A stretch of 64,000 nucleotides of DNA, taken from IMG/VR virus record IMGVR_UViG_3300047510_001668, positions 32,001-96,000 of that record; one strand, written 5' to 3'. The DNA is from a virus. Each line of letters starts with the position of its first letter. Within the stretch, counting starts at the first letter, position 1. A program made the position numbers and the translations under genes. Under the pieces are notes generated by a model that saw only the letters and a program-made list of their open reading frames with translations, searched no databases and was not told the origin of the DNA. Below, piece after piece: positions 29,173 to 39,795 of the stretch.

Positions 29173-30534
29173 TTACGGCGTAGTGTCTATGGCAGTCAAA
29201 CTGCCTGTGGATGACACAGTGACCGACCCAGTTCCAGTGAGTTCCAGTTCAGCAAACATCTTGAAACCACTGGGGTGAGTGCTATTCAGATACTTGCTAC
29301 CCCATTCATCCATGGGAGTGGTGGAGGTGATGAGATAGGAATAGGGCTGATAATAGTAGTTGTCAAACAATTTGTTGATGTCAGACAGGAATCCTGAGGC
29401 ATCTTTGAAGTAGCCAGGTGCTTTGTACACCAAGCCTGTATTGAATGTCACCGTGGCTGTCTCACCTGATGCATCATAGGGATCAAATCCAATGGTGACA
29501 GTTTCAGCATTGGCATTGAATTTCCAACCAGATTCAATGATGCGCAATCCTGCCAGAGTGTTGTCATCTCCTAGACTGACATAGCCCGCTTCCACGTAAT
29601 CTTCCAGGAAGTACAATTCTGTGTCGAAGTCTTGTATGGAGTTCACACGCACAATGGCTCCATTCACACCAGGTGTTTCTTCAGCCAGATAGCTGTCTGG
29701 CACTTCAAACATGGAGCCATAGGCATCAATGGATGCCACGCTGGTCAATTGTCTGGTCAATCTACCGTACACGGTTTCATCATACACCAGAAAGATTCTG
29801 GTATCTTCATTTCCCAACGCTGAGATGGTTTCATTGGCACCATCACCATCCACATCCACAGCAGTGATGTTCAACAAGTCAGCATGGTCTGGGAACACAT
29901 AGGTGTCAACCAAATCCACTTCCAACATGTAGATGTTGGGTTCGGATGTGCCTATCACATGATAGCAAGAGGCAGAGATGGTGCGAACTTCATCTGTGCC
30001 AGGAAGTGACAGATAGTAGGCCAATTGAATTGCCTGTCCCTCCAAATCAAAAATGTCTCTTGTGGAGATGTTCACAGCAGCCAAAGCACCTTCTGCAATG
30101 GTGCCTGTTGTGTCAACTTTGATGTAGTTCTTTCTGGTCCATTTTCCATCTGAGGCACGTAGAATGTTGTCACCTGGATAGGTAATAGTTGCAGTGCTGT
30201 TCAGGACAATACGGAAAAACAGTTCCGTGGCATTTTCTGACCCTTTGGCTTCATAGTACTGGCTGATGTATTTAATCAGACGGCGTGTGGACAATTCCGT
30301 GTCTGAAGGAAAATCATAGGCATATTGACTTTTGAACTCAGGAATGAACACATCCAATGTGTTGTCAATGTCTCGCCATTCATCACTGTTCAACAACACA
30401 TCATGAACGTTGTCAGTTTGTTCCAGGAAACGATAATAGGCTTCAATGAATTCCACAAACTGTGGATATTCAGCCCGAACAAAGGAAGGAAGATGCCCTG
30501 AAACTAAATGACTGAGTTTGTTTTTGATGGACAT
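29173..30534 (-). CDS. gp7: Baseplate wedge initiator gp7 (compact)
   Basis: HLPSFVRAEYPQFVEFIEAYYRFLE, YEAKGSE, ILRASDGKW, YYQPYSYLI, HPSGFKMFAE. Confidence 0.75.
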   Translation of the reverse strand: MSIKNKLSHLVSGHLPSFVRAEYPQFVEFIEAYYRFLEQTDNVHDVLLNSDEWRDIDNTLDVFIPEFKSQYAYDFPSDTELSTRRLIKYISQYYEAKGSENATELFFRIVLNSTATITYPGDNILRASDGKWTRKNYIKVDTTGTIAEGALAAVNISTRDIFDLEGQAIQLAYYLSLPGTDEVRTISASCYHVIGTSEPNIYMLEVDLVDTYVFPDHADLLNITAVDVDGDGANETISALGNEDTRIFLVYDETVYGRLTRQLTSVASIDAYGSMFEVPDSYLAEETPGVNGAIVRVNSIQDFDTELYFLEDYVEAGYVSLGDDNTLAGLRIIESGWKFNANAETVTIGFDPYDASGETATVTFNTGLVYKAPGYFKDASGFLSDINKLFDNYYYQPYSYLITSTTPMDEWGSKYLNSTHPSGFKMFAELELTGTGSVTVSSTGSLTAIDTTP

Positions 30535-32408
30535 TATTCAGAGAAAGGTAATGCGGTGATGGCCAAACCTGAGCTGATGCCTGCACTTGGATCCACTTCA
30601 CTGTCATCCAACACAATGATGGTGTTCTTGGCAGGTTGAGCCAGTACAGCAAATTCTGAGATATCAGATGTTCTGGTTAGTGAGCTGGAAATGTTTTGAT
30701 ACAATGCCTGAGGTGTGGCATGAAGATGCAACTTGGTGGCATTGCCTGCGTAACTTTGTACAAACAGATTGTTCAATGTGATGATGCCTGTGGCATAGTT
30801 CACAGTACCCACATTCACAACTGGAAGACCCGTGGATGCATTAATGAACTTCAAAGTACCTGTGCCTGTATCATTTTGCAAACTGTCATCACTGAAATCT
30901 CTGATATAGCCCAGATAGTTTCTGTTGCTTACTTTGGTTGTGAAGTTGGATGAGTAGATGGTTTCTGGGTCTATGGCAGTGAGCATGTTCACTGTGGCAG
31001 AATAACTGGAATTCAATGTGATGGACAAACGTTTTTGTAAACGCATCTTGAACACAGAGCTGATGATGGCATTATTCAAATCCTTCACTCGTTCAGTCAA
31101 ACGATACAAGAAGAAGGTTTTATCCAATGTACCAAAATCATTTGTGAAGTAGGTTTCAATTTCCGTTTCCACAGCGGCTGCCATTTGTGTGGATGTTGAG
31201 CTGGTCAATTTGTTGTTGTAATTCACGATACCTTCAAACCCTAGATACAAGTATTCAGGATCCACGAATTCATGTTGAATGCTCATCACACTCTTGGGAC
31301 GAATCACAGATTCCAGAAGATATTCCTTGTCTGCGTCTGTGAACACAGCACCTGTGGTGGGATGAACTGAAATGAACACTTTGCCGTATTGTGGTGGGTC
31401 ATTTTCCTCGCCGCCCCATACAGCCACTTCCCGTGCCTTGGCAAGATTGGCTTTGATGAGTGACCGATAATCTTCTGAGGTGACCGCCCGATTTCTTGTG
31501 GCATTGTATTTGGGAGCATTGAAACGAACACTATCAATGGATTCTTTTTCCTGACCGCCGGCGGCAGGAGTCACTGTGGTCACTGTGGCTGTGGTTTCTC
31601 CATTCACAGTGCCTGACAAACTGAATGTTTGTGCACCGTTGGCATCCGGACCCTTGGAGGCATAATAAGACACCGTGACGATGTTACCCACAGTCAAGGC
31701 TTTTCCAATGATGTCATCACCGAACACAATTTGATATTTGCCATCCAGATTTTCTTCTACCCAGAAAACCTTGCTGGTTCCTGTGATGTCCACGATGGTG
31801 GATGTCTTGTTCCATGTAGTAGTTGTGACATCACCCACAGAATTTTGTACCACCACTTCAATGGTGGTGGTGTCCAACGTGTCCACAGGAATCACTAATG
31901 GACCTTGTGTCAAGTCTGCTGTGATGGTGAAGGCATTGGATAATCCCACACCTTCAATCAATTCCACATCAGTGAATGAGAATATTCCACTTGACACTGT
32001 GGCTGTTTGTTCTTCATTCACATTGAAGGTGTATACTGTGCCATTGATGCTGGCAGTGAATTTCACAGTGGAATCAATGGAAAGTTGTGAGCCCACGGTG
32101 TTCACTTTGGGGACATCAATGTTTACATAGGCTTTGGCTGATGTTCTGGAACGTGGTGTGTACCCCAACATCTTGGCTAAAGAAATTACAGATGTTCTCT
32201 TGATGGCTGTGTCAATGAACATTTCATTGGCTTGCATGTTGGCTAACACAGCATTGTAGTGTGTGTTGTATGCCAACACATCTAATAGTGTGTTTAATGC
32301 AGAGCCCGTGAAATCATAATCAGTGAATTCTGTTTGTGCTGCCAGATATGTTCGTAAACTAGTTTTGATGTCTGCAAAATCCAGTTCGGTGACAATAAGT
32401 TCTGCCAT
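30534..32408 (-). CDS. gp6: Baseplate wedge subunit gp6
   Basis: LDFADIKTSL, FTDYDFTGS, LAYNTHYNA, ESIDSVRFNAP, RAVTSEDY, VWGGEENDPPQYGKVFIS. Confidence 0.95.
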   Translation of the reverse strand: MAELIVTELDFADIKTSLRTYLAAQTEFTDYDFTGSALNTLLDVLAYNTHYNAVLANMQANEMFIDTAIKRTSVISLAKMLGYTPRSRTSAKAYVNIDVPKVNTVGSQLSIDSTVKFTASINGTVYTFNVNEEQTATVSSGIFSFTDVELIEGVGLSNAFTITADLTQGPLVIPVDTLDTTTIEVVVQNSVGDVTTTTWNKTSTIVDITGTSKVFWVEENLDGKYQIVFGDDIIGKALTVGNIVTVSYYASKGPDANGAQTFSLSGTVNGETTATVTTVTPAAGGQEKESIDSVRFNAPKYNATRNRAVTSEDYRSLIKANLAKAREVAVWGGEENDPPQYGKVFISVHPTTGAVFTDADKEYLLESVIRPKSVMSIQHEFVDPEYLYLGFEGIVNYNNKLTSSTSTQMAAAVETEIETYFTNDFGTLDKTFFLYRLTERVKDLNNAIISSVFKMRLQKRLSITLNSSYSATVNMLTAIDPETIYSSNFTTKVSNRNYLGYIRDFSDDSLQNDTGTGTLKFINASTGLPVVNVGTVNYATGIITLNNLFVQSYAGNATKLHLHATPQALYQNISSSLTRTSDISEFAVLAQPAKNTIIVLDDSEVDPSAGISSGLAITALPFSE

Positions 32409-32809
32409 TATCGTAATCTCTCTAAGGTGATGGACATAGATGTGGGTTGATTGATTCCAACTACTGAAAAGTATATGGACACTTCATATGAATTTGCATC
32501 TTCATCTGGCTCCACAGTAACACTGTCCAATGCAATTCTGGGTTCAAAATTTCCTAAAGTGTATTCAATGGACTTCTGAATGGTTCTGGATGTGATGTAA
32601 TCAATGGGTTCAAACAACAATGCTCTTAACGAGGACCCTAGGTCTGGATTGAATGGACGTTCACCAAAAGCTGTGTTGATGAGAGCTGTAACGCTTTGCT
32701 TGACCGCATTATTATCAATCTTCTTCAGCACATCTCCTGTTTCAGGATGAGCCTCAAAAGAAAAATCCACATCTTTGTAAAGTTTATTGGGAGTAGATAG
32801 AATGGGCAT
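32408..32809 (-). CDS. gp25: Baseplate wedge subunit gp25
   Basis: YKDVDFSF, AVKQSV, GERPFNPDLGS, NFEPRI, LERLR. Confidence 0.93.
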   Translation of the reverse strand: MPILSTPNKLYKDVDFSFEAHPETGDVLKKIDNNAVKQSVTALINTAFGERPFNPDLGSSLRALLFEPIDYITSRTIQKSIEYTLGNFEPRIALDSVTVEPDEDANSYEVSIYFSVVGINQPTSMSITLERLR

Positions 32810-32818
32810 TTTTGATAA

Positions 32819-32826
32819 TATTTATA
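32819..32826 (-). promoter_or_regulatory. T4 late promoter
   Basis: Exact TATAAATA upstream of gp25. Confidence 0.75.
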
Positions 32827-32830
32827 TGGG

Positions 32831-34630
32831 TTATTGGATGAAATTAACTATGATATCCTTACATCTACGTCCATTTGATACTGCATATTCATGATTCCAG
32901 AAGGTTCCGAAGGTTTTTCTACATCCCGTAGGATTGAATGACACATGGATCCAGGCAGCCACATAACCTCTACGTTGTTCATATTCCAATAGAAGCTGGT
33001 CAAACGTGAGATTATTTTTGATCCAGCTGGCAATGGCAGCGTAATCCTTAGGATTGGTAGAGGTGAATTGTAAATCTGCTGCTTGTCCAACCATGTGCTG
33101 AGAATTGGTGGCTCCGCCACGAGGTTTGAAATTTCTAAACCCAGATGAAACAATCATATCTCCATACTTGTCTTTGATGGGGTCCAACACATTTTCTGCC
33201 AATGCTTTTAGATTGCATGCAATTTCTTGCTTACTCAACACACGCTTGTCTACCGGACGTCCGAATGCCATGATACCTGTAACTTTACCTGGATGTGCTC
33301 GAGCCTTAGATGTCAAGTCCGCCACAGTGAAATGTTTAGATAGTTTATCAGATAATTGATAGTTGGCTTGTTGACCAAACACACCACATGTGGCGGTAAC
33401 TTGCACGGGACGAACAGGAACTTGTGTATCAAATTGTTCAGGAGACACGTCAGGTGGGAGAGCGTTGGCTTCTTCTTCAGTGATACGTCCTTCAGAAACC
33501 GCCTTGTTAATGGCATCTCGAACTGTTGCGCCATCACCATCATTGTCACTCAATGAGTCAAATTCTGTGGTTAAAGCATCTCTGCGACTCACACCAAAGA
33601 TGTATGGTAAATTCACTCTGGATATATCAATAGGATCAATGGTTGTTAAAGGAGCAAGAGGTGCACTAATAACAGGTCCTGACGTGATGATGGAAGTACC
33701 TGAAATGTTGGTGAATACATCAGAATGTAAAACCAAATCCAATTTAGAGGCCAGTTTCAATTCCTTACCTGCCTTGAGCTCTAAATCACCATGTGAATGT
33801 ATTTTCAAGTTGCCATCCACCTCAAAATTGCAATCATTCTTTATATACACATTGCAGGAACCTTCCACGGTGATGTTCGTGGATCCACGAATCAACACAT
33901 TGTTGTTTCGTAGGAGTATTTCATAGTTGTCACCCACAACTTTCTGTATCATGGTGCCATTATTGTCCACATCAACATAGGTACCTGCGGTGTGGTACAT
34001 GGTGATGCGTTCAGCGTTTGGTGTATCATCCACCTCAAACACATGACCTGATTCTGATTCATAGACATGGTTGTAAGGATATCTGGCAGCATATGAGGTT
34101 TCAGGTTGATTCCAACTTTCACCTCCCATGGCCACTTCCACGCCTGACACTAAATCCGCATCTTTCAATTGCACAACAGTATCATCAATGTTTTCATTTC
34201 TTGCCAATCTATTGGTGTCAGGCTCATTTTTTTCTAGATAACTAGCCCGAGGATATTCACCATTGGGATCCTTGAATCCATGTTTCGTGTCTTTTTGAAT
34301 TTTTTCTTGATATTCTTTTGAAGGAGCTCCACCCAATGTTCCCATGATGAAAGGTTCTTGACCTTCAGACCCATCTCGAAAGAATCCTATCACCCAGGTG
34401 CCAGGGACTGGTCCTGTAGGTGTGCTACCTACACCTGACATGGCAGCAGAGGTGATGGGTTGCATGGGATGAGCCCAAGGCAAATCTTCTACAGGAAGTT
34501 CTGACACATTGGGTGTATGATAGCCTACAATACGAACGCGACATCGACCCATCATCAATGGGTCATCACGGTCTTCCACCACACCTACCCACCAATAGAA
34601 TCCATTATCTCCATACACATTCTGTTGCAT
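32831..34630 (-). CDS. gp5: Baseplate hub spike gp5 (OB-fold + beta-helix) fused to a C-terminal M15-family Zn peptidase
   Basis: WWVGVVEDRDDPLMMGRCRVRIVGYH, YPYNHVYESESGH, ERITMYHTAGT; C-terminal LSKHFT, SSGFR, SQHMVGQAAD, WIHVSF. Confidence 0.9.
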   Translation of the reverse strand: MQQNVYGDNGFYWWVGVVEDRDDPLMMGRCRVRIVGYHTPNVSELPVEDLPWAHPMQPITSAAMSGVGSTPTGPVPGTWVIGFFRDGSEGQEPFIMGTLGGAPSKEYQEKIQKDTKHGFKDPNGEYPRASYLEKNEPDTNRLARNENIDDTVVQLKDADLVSGVEVAMGGESWNQPETSYAARYPYNHVYESESGHVFEVDDTPNAERITMYHTAGTYVDVDNNGTMIQKVVGDNYEILLRNNNVLIRGSTNITVEGSCNVYIKNDCNFEVDGNLKIHSHGDLELKAGKELKLASKLDLVLHSDVFTNISGTSIITSGPVISAPLAPLTTIDPIDISRVNLPYIFGVSRRDALTTEFDSLSDNDGDGATVRDAINKAVSEGRITEEEANALPPDVSPEQFDTQVPVRPVQVTATCGVFGQQANYQLSDKLSKHFTVADLTSKARAHPGKVTGIMAFGRPVDKRVLSKQEIACNLKALAENVLDPIKDKYGDMIVSSGFRNFKPRGGATNSQHMVGQAADLQFTSTNPKDYAAIASWIKNNLTFDQLLLEYEQRRGYVAAWIHVSFNPTGCRKTFGTFWNHEYAVSNGRRCKDIIVNFIQ

Positions 34631-35880
34631 TATTCTGGGCTCCTTCTATATGAATCTTTCATGATTTCCAATAGCATGATGTGTTGACCTAGAACAAATT
34701 CATGTCGAATATGTGTGATGAGATATTTTCCAGATAGTTGAGGATCCAATATATTAGACATGGATGTTCTATCATTTTTAGATATGGACTTAGGAATGTC
34801 ACACTTAATCACCTTGCCCACTTCAATGTCCGTTCTTCCATGCACTTCAATCACATACCGAGATGTTTGAGCTTCATACAACAAGCTGTTTCTCAATGGT
34901 GCCCACGTTTGATAATGTGGGTCTGTGTAATCATTCCACAGTTTCGTGTCCAAACTTTTCACTCTACGATAGTTGTTTGGGTCTTTAGGTGTGGCATCAC
35001 GAAACAATTGTGGTGTGTTTATACCTTCTAAATTGTTTTGCCCTTTGCGTGCTGTGGCATAATCAAAAGGCCATTCAATGTATTGTTTAGTGACCATGTC
35101 ATGTGTTATCAACTTGTTGGCGTAGTACCCAAAATCTTGTCCCTTCAACACATCAAAAAATCCTATTTTTGTAATATTCTTGATGAAGAAGTATTGTTCC
35201 AAGTCAGAGGAACTCAACGTAGTGGCTTTAGGTGACAACGTATAGGTTCCGTATAGCCTGTCTCGTTGATTTTTAATCAAGGCATCTATGCTCATGCAAT
35301 AGAAATTTTTATTGCTTTCAAAAAACAACGTGTTGGGAACTTCTCGATATCCCCCATTCGTCAGCCAGTTGATGGTTTTCAATGCTGTCCAGTGATTGGG
35401 AAGCACTGTGGCTTTAGTGGTGTGTTGTTCTATGTATAAATCTTTTTTCACATTCAGATGTTCATTGTAAATTTTTTCAATCAAATCACTTGTGGATCCT
35501 GAAAGGCGCGAAGTTAGATAGGTGGTGGAATCCAAGAATCCTTCCACGGCAATCAGATTGAACACATACTGTTCTTCATTATCACCTAGCTGTCGTTCTG
35601 AAATGGATGAGATGTAGAAATCTTTCTTGATGGAAGATGCCACAGGCATAGTGGGCGTTCGAAATGCCACAGTGATGAGCTCAGTTCCTATCACAGGTAG
35701 TGTGGTGATTAAACTGGCAGCATCAGTAATAACCATGTGCCCGGTCATGACATTGCTGAAAATGTCCTCATATATCACAGTTTGCAGCACAAATGCAGAA
35801 ATATCTAGTTGTTTACCTTTGGATGTCAGGATGATGGCATCTGTGACATATTCACCAACTTTATTCAGTGTTTCAGCCAT
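34630..35880 (-). CDS. Putative baseplate hub protein (gp27-like position and fold)
   Basis: Lies between gp53 and gp5; IYEDIFSNVMTG, FFESN, LSGKYLITHIRHEF as in contractile-tail hub proteins. Confidence 0.6.
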   Translation of the reverse strand: MAETLNKVGEYVTDAIILTSKGKQLDISAFVLQTVIYEDIFSNVMTGHMVITDAASLITTLPVIGTELITVAFRTPTMPVASSIKKDFYISSISERQLGDNEEQYVFNLIAVEGFLDSTTYLTSRLSGSTSDLIEKIYNEHLNVKKDLYIEQHTTKATVLPNHWTALKTINWLTNGGYREVPNTLFFESNKNFYCMSIDALIKNQRDRLYGTYTLSPKATTLSSSDLEQYFFIKNITKIGFFDVLKGQDFGYYANKLITHDMVTKQYIEWPFDYATARKGQNNLEGINTPQLFRDATPKDPNNYRRVKSLDTKLWNDYTDPHYQTWAPLRNSLLYEAQTSRYVIEVHGRTDIEVGKVIKCDIPKSISKNDRTSMSNILDPQLSGKYLITHIRHEFVLGQHIMLLEIMKDSYRRSPE

Positions 35881-36581
35881 TATAAACCTATCAGTCTATT
35901 GAATTCTCTTTCCACCGCGGTCACATAGACAGGAGGTAGAACTTTAATGTTTCTCTTGGCATCATTCTGTTCAATTTCATGTTCCAAGTTGGTTACAGAA
36001 ATGATGTTAGGGTTGCCCGCATCATAATCCACGATGTATTCCAGGTTTGTATCATAGTAATGATGCACTCTGTTGGTGGGTAACGTCACAGAGGAAATAG
36101 TCAATCCTGTGACTTCTGTGGTCAAGTTGTTCATGGTGGCAGATGTGGTCAATGGTTGAAATCCATTTTGTGACCTGATGTAGATGGTGTTGCCGCTCTT
36201 GGATGAAACTACAAATTTCCCACCTGTGCTGGATTGCAATTCATCATCTACTGTATAAGCAGCTCCACTGGGTACCGTGATGACCGTGTCATAGTTCATG
36301 TACACACGGTCCACCACCTTGTTGTCACGAACAGGCCATTCTTCTCTAGGGTCAATGATGTTGTTCACCATGAGAATCATCCAATGATTGAATGGTGTTC
36401 CATAGAACTTTTCTGACACCAGTTCTGGAGTTTCACCATCCAACACAATGTATTTTTCCAGGTACACAGAATTTTCATTGAATTTGTCGGACAAGGTGAC
36501 GCGACTGAATATGTCCCGCACCAACAGGAACTTTTCATTTTGAGTTAAAGATAGATATGGAAACTTTTGAAAATATGACAT
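35880..36581 (-). CDS. gp53: Baseplate wedge subunit gp53
   Basis: MSYFQKFP, DGETPELVSEKFYG, HWMILMVNNI.DP..EWP, E.E.N..KRNIKVL. Confidence 0.9.
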   Translation of the reverse strand: MSYFQKFPYLSLTQNEKFLLVRDIFSRVTLSDKFNENSVYLEKYIVLDGETPELVSEKFYGTPFNHWMILMVNNIIDPREEWPVRDNKVVDRVYMNYDTVITVPSGAAYTVDDELQSSTGGKFVVSSKSGNTIYIRSQNGFQPLTTSATMNNLTTEVTGLTISSVTLPTNRVHHYYDTNLEYIVDYDAGNPNIISVTNLEHEIEQNDAKRNIKVLPPVYVTAVEREFNRLIGL

Positions 36582-37750
36582 TAGTAACCTTGTTCAATAC
36601 GGTCAGCTGTAAGAATTTCCAATTCAGTGAATGAAAGTTGCAACGTCATTTCAGAAGGAGCTCCTGGGACTTCTCGGAATGTAGTGAAATCAGAACCACC
36701 ATACTCCACCTTCAAATCTGTTAGTGCGCAGTTGGAAATTTTAAACAGATGATTGTTTTCTTGGTTTCTGTAGAAGTATTGAATTTCAAATTCAGCAGGA
36801 TATCCTAGGAACACACCCCCAGTAGCTTGATTTCTAGTAGGGTGCATGTATTTCTTGAAAGTTTTAATGATTTTTTGTACTTCATTGTATTCAGCTTCAT
36901 CTTTAGGAAGAAACACATAACTGAATGTGAAGGTACGAAATCCCATGTTTTTAAACAATTGCACAGTGAATGGATTGATAGCCACGCCCAATGAAGAAGA
37001 AGCTAGTGCTTCCACATCACCTAATGCACCCAAAGGACCTTTGTTCACATTCTTCAAGAAATATCCTGCAGCTGCAGGACCTGCACCTTTAATGGCGTTC
37101 ATGGCAGAATCCATTAATCCTTCACCATTGTTGGACAGTGCAGAACGCAATCCACTAACTGCCTTTAATAAAGCATCGGATGCCAAAGCACCAATGTCAG
37201 CATCCTTCCAGAACGCTTTGTAGGATGCTGAAGGCTTATCATTCAAGTACAATGCCACAACATCTTTTAGATACACACGTTCACGATTCTCAGTGAGTGT
37301 TTCTATTCGGTCAGTTTGTGACAAGGCCAGGCCGGCGCCGCCACCTGCGACTGTTCCACCTGCTGTGACAAGTGTGGGTGCAGTTCCTCCAAAAGTCTTG
37401 GCAATTTTCTTCACAAAAGAAGAACCAGCCTGTGCACCACCAAAAACCAATCCAGTCTCAAAAGCAATTTTACCAGCTTCGACATTTCTATCAGGCCGAT
37501 GACTGTTAGACAGATTCACTTTAAAATTTCTAACAGTTTCATTTGCAGGAACATCACCTTGTCTTTTGGTGATGAAAAACATGGTGTAGTGAGGAAAGTC
37601 TAAATCTGTCTGACCAATTTCACTGGGGTAACGCATCACATTGAATGTTCTGTTTTCTTTTTGGAATGACACCCCTTGCGCTGTACGTAAATCTTGCACA
37701 GCAGCACGATTCTTAGGAACATCACTGGCGGAATTGGGAGGGTTAGGCAT
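36581..37750 (-). CDS. gp48: Baseplate tail-tube cap gp48
   Basis: RYPSEI, NPFTVQLFKNMGFRTFTFSY.F.P, YPAEFEIQY, CALTDLKVEY, LQLSFTELE. Confidence 0.88.
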   Translation of the reverse strand: MPNPPNSASDVPKNRAAVQDLRTAQGVSFQKENRTFNVMRYPSEIGQTDLDFPHYTMFFITKRQGDVPANETVRNFKVNLSNSHRPDRNVEAGKIAFETGLVFGGAQAGSSFVKKIAKTFGGTAPTLVTAGGTVAGGGAGLALSQTDRIETLTENRERVYLKDVVALYLNDKPSASYKAFWKDADIGALASDALLKAVSGLRSALSNNGEGLMDSAMNAIKGAGPAAAGYFLKNVNKGPLGALGDVEALASSSLGVAINPFTVQLFKNMGFRTFTFSYVFLPKDEAEYNEVQKIIKTFKKYMHPTRNQATGGVFLGYPAEFEIQYFYRNQENNHLFKISNCALTDLKVEYGGSDFTTFREVPGAPSEMTLQLSFTELEILTADRIEQGY

Positions 37751-37777
37751 AAATATTCCTGGAAAATTTTACCTGAT

Positions 37778-37785
37778 TATTTATA
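37778..37785 (-). promoter_or_regulatory. T4 late promoter for the gp48 operon
   Basis: Exact TATAAATA on the minus strand; a divergent CATAAATA lies on the + strand at 37748-37755. Confidence 0.7.
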
Positions 37786-38243
37786 TGGCCTACGTGAAAG
37801 ACACCTACAAAGGAAGATTCCTCCCCACGAAACCTCAGAAATACATCGGGGACACCTCCAACATCATCTACCGAAGCAGTTATGAATTGAAATTCATGAA
37901 ATGGTGTGACATGAATGGCTCTGTTAGACGTTGGGCCAGTGAGGAAATTGTCATCCCCTATCTCAGTCCTGCCGACGGTGAAATGCACCGATATTTCGTG
38001 GACTTTTTCATAGAAGTGGTCACCAAAGATGGTGGCATAAAGAAATATCTGGTGGAGGTGAAGCCCTATAGATACACTCAACCACCTGTGATACCTAAAA
38101 GAAAAACCCAACGCTTCATCTCGGAAGTGAAGCAATGGGGTGTGAACAATGCCAAGTGGGAGGCTGCAAAACGCTTTGCCAAGCAGAACAACATGGAGTT
38201 CATGTTGATTACCGAGAAGGATTTACAAACTTCGTATAAATAG
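37785..38243 (+). CDS. gp4: Head completion nuclease gp4
   Basis: YKGRF.P..PQKY.GD..NIIYRSSYE, WASEE..IPY, HRYFVDF, EVKP, N.AKWEAA, LITEKDL; start trimmed to MAYVK at 37785. Confidence 0.93.
   Translation: MAYVKDTYKGRFLPTKPQKYIGDTSNIIYRSSYELKFMKWCDMNGSVRRWASEEIVIPYLSPADGEMHRYFVDFFIEVVTKDGGIKKYLVEVKPYRYTQPPVIPKRKTQRFISEVKQWGVNNAKWEAAKRFAKQNNMEFMLITEKDLQTSYK
38235..38242 (+). promoter_or_regulatory. T4 late promoter
   Basis: Exact TATAAATA overlapping the gp4 stop, upstream of gp2. Confidence 0.75.
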
Positions 38244-38279
38244 TAGAGATATTTAAATCATTCCGGACATAGTGAATTT

Positions 38280-38894
38280 ATGTCCCTGTCAAGTAGTAGT
38301 CAAGCCCCTATTTCACCACTTATGCCTGCCAATCCTATCACCACATTACGAGAACGGGAAACTCCCACCAGTTCATTCCGATGGTATCAGGACATGATTC
38401 GGAAGCTGGGAGCATCCAACATCACCCCTCAGAAGGTGATGAAAAGTGATATTGGTGAACTGGTGACATCTGTGGTTTCTGGCAACATGTATCTGTTCAT
38501 GTACGACCCGAAAACAGCAGACAAATTGCCATTCTACGACACCCTGCCTGTGGTGGTGATGTTCAGAAAAGTACAAGATGGATTCTATGGGTTGAATCTT
38601 CATTATCTTCCACCCATGATGCGAATGAGATTGTTGGATAGAATGATGGAAGTGGTGAATGATGAGGCCATGGGAGAAAACACCAAAATGATGGTGACCT
38701 GGAAGTTGTTGAGTAACGTCAGTAGATATCCAGGTGCCAACGTGGCAGTGAAACGATATCTGTACAATCAAATCAGTTCCAGAATCATGAGAATCTATCC
38801 CAAAGACTGGCGGAAAACCATCATGTTGCCTATTGACAACTTTGAAAAAGCATCACGCAATCAAGTATTCAACGACTCACGGAGTAAGATGTAA
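38280..38894 (+). CDS. gp2: DNA end protector gp2
   Basis: GNMYLFMYDPKT..KLPFYDTLP, GFYGLNLHYLPP, KRYLYNQI, LPIDNF; true start may be 38322. Confidence 0.92.
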   Translation: MSLSSSSQAPISPLMPANPITTLRERETPTSSFRWYQDMIRKLGASNITPQKVMKSDIGELVTSVVSGNMYLFMYDPKTADKLPFYDTLPVVVMFRKVQDGFYGLNLHYLPPMMRMRLLDRMMEVVNDEAMGENTKMMVTWKLLSNVSRYPGANVAVKRYLYNQISSRIMRIYPKDWRKTIMLPIDNFEKASRNQVFNDSRSKM

Positions 38895-39784
38895 TGACCG
38901 TACAAATTCTTGGAAGAGCAGGAGTCCCATCACTGAATGATTTTCTAAGTTTTGTTAGATTGAACAATCTAGCCAGACAAGAAAGATTCTTTGCAGGCAT
39001 TGCCATGCCTGGCATCAGTGAAGGACCATATTTAAATAGTGACTTGCAAGTTTTGAACTTGTTGTGTGAACAGGCGTCATTACCTGGAAAAAACATCAAT
39101 GTCAGAACTTTGCGAGTGAATGGTATTAATGAATATCGCGCCGGTACCATTGATTACGGCGGAGAAAGCATCACACTGCAATTTCTAGTGGATGGAAATT
39201 ATCGTGTTCGAGACATTATGGAAAAATGGATGAATCGTTGTGTGAGCACAGACACCCCTTCCAGAAATGAAGTGGAGTTCTATAACAATTACATTGGCAC
39301 CATCACTCTGCATGCCTTGATGCCCGCAGGTATTCCAGGTGAAGCGTTGTTCAACTGGAGCCCCACACAAGCAGATGTTGGATTGAATTCGGCATTAAAC
39401 AACCTCAGAAGTAAAAATCGTGCATTAGGAGTTCTAGCCACTAAAGCCACACAACTAGGCATGAACAAGGTGAATGAAGCCGTCGCTCGTGCCAAGTCTG
39501 GATTAGCCAGAAATATTCCTCCTGAGGCATTGGAAGCATTTCGTGACACAGAAACCACTGTGTTTGGAGTGCAACTGCATGATTGTTGGCCTCGATCCAT
39601 GAATGTGATGCCATTAGGATATGATGCTGTGGGTGTGGCGCGACTCACCATGACATTCACTTATCGTCACTGGACTTCAGAAGTGAAAGGTGCAGACACA
39701 TTTGATGTTAATGCCACCAACGCCTTGAACAAAGGATTATCAAAGTTTATAAACAAAACCATAAAAAGAACACCCAACGAATAA
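38894..39784 (+). CDS. gp54: Baseplate tail-tube initiator gp54 (gp19-like fold) with an insertion
   Basis: LARQERF, LCEQASLPG, ITLQF, MEKWM, CWPRSM..MPLGYD, LTMTFTYRHW. Confidence 0.75.
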   Translation: MTVQILGRAGVPSLNDFLSFVRLNNLARQERFFAGIAMPGISEGPYLNSDLQVLNLLCEQASLPGKNINVRTLRVNGINEYRAGTIDYGGESITLQFLVDGNYRVRDIMEKWMNRCVSTDTPSRNEVEFYNNYIGTITLHALMPAGIPGEALFNWSPTQADVGLNSALNNLRSKNRALGVLATKATQLGMNKVNEAVARAKSGLARNIPPEALEAFRDTETTVFGVQLHDCWPRSMNVMPLGYDAVGVARLTMTFTYRHWTSEVKGADTFDVNATNALNKGLSKFINKTIKRTPNE

Positions 39785-39795
39785 GAGGTTGATAT

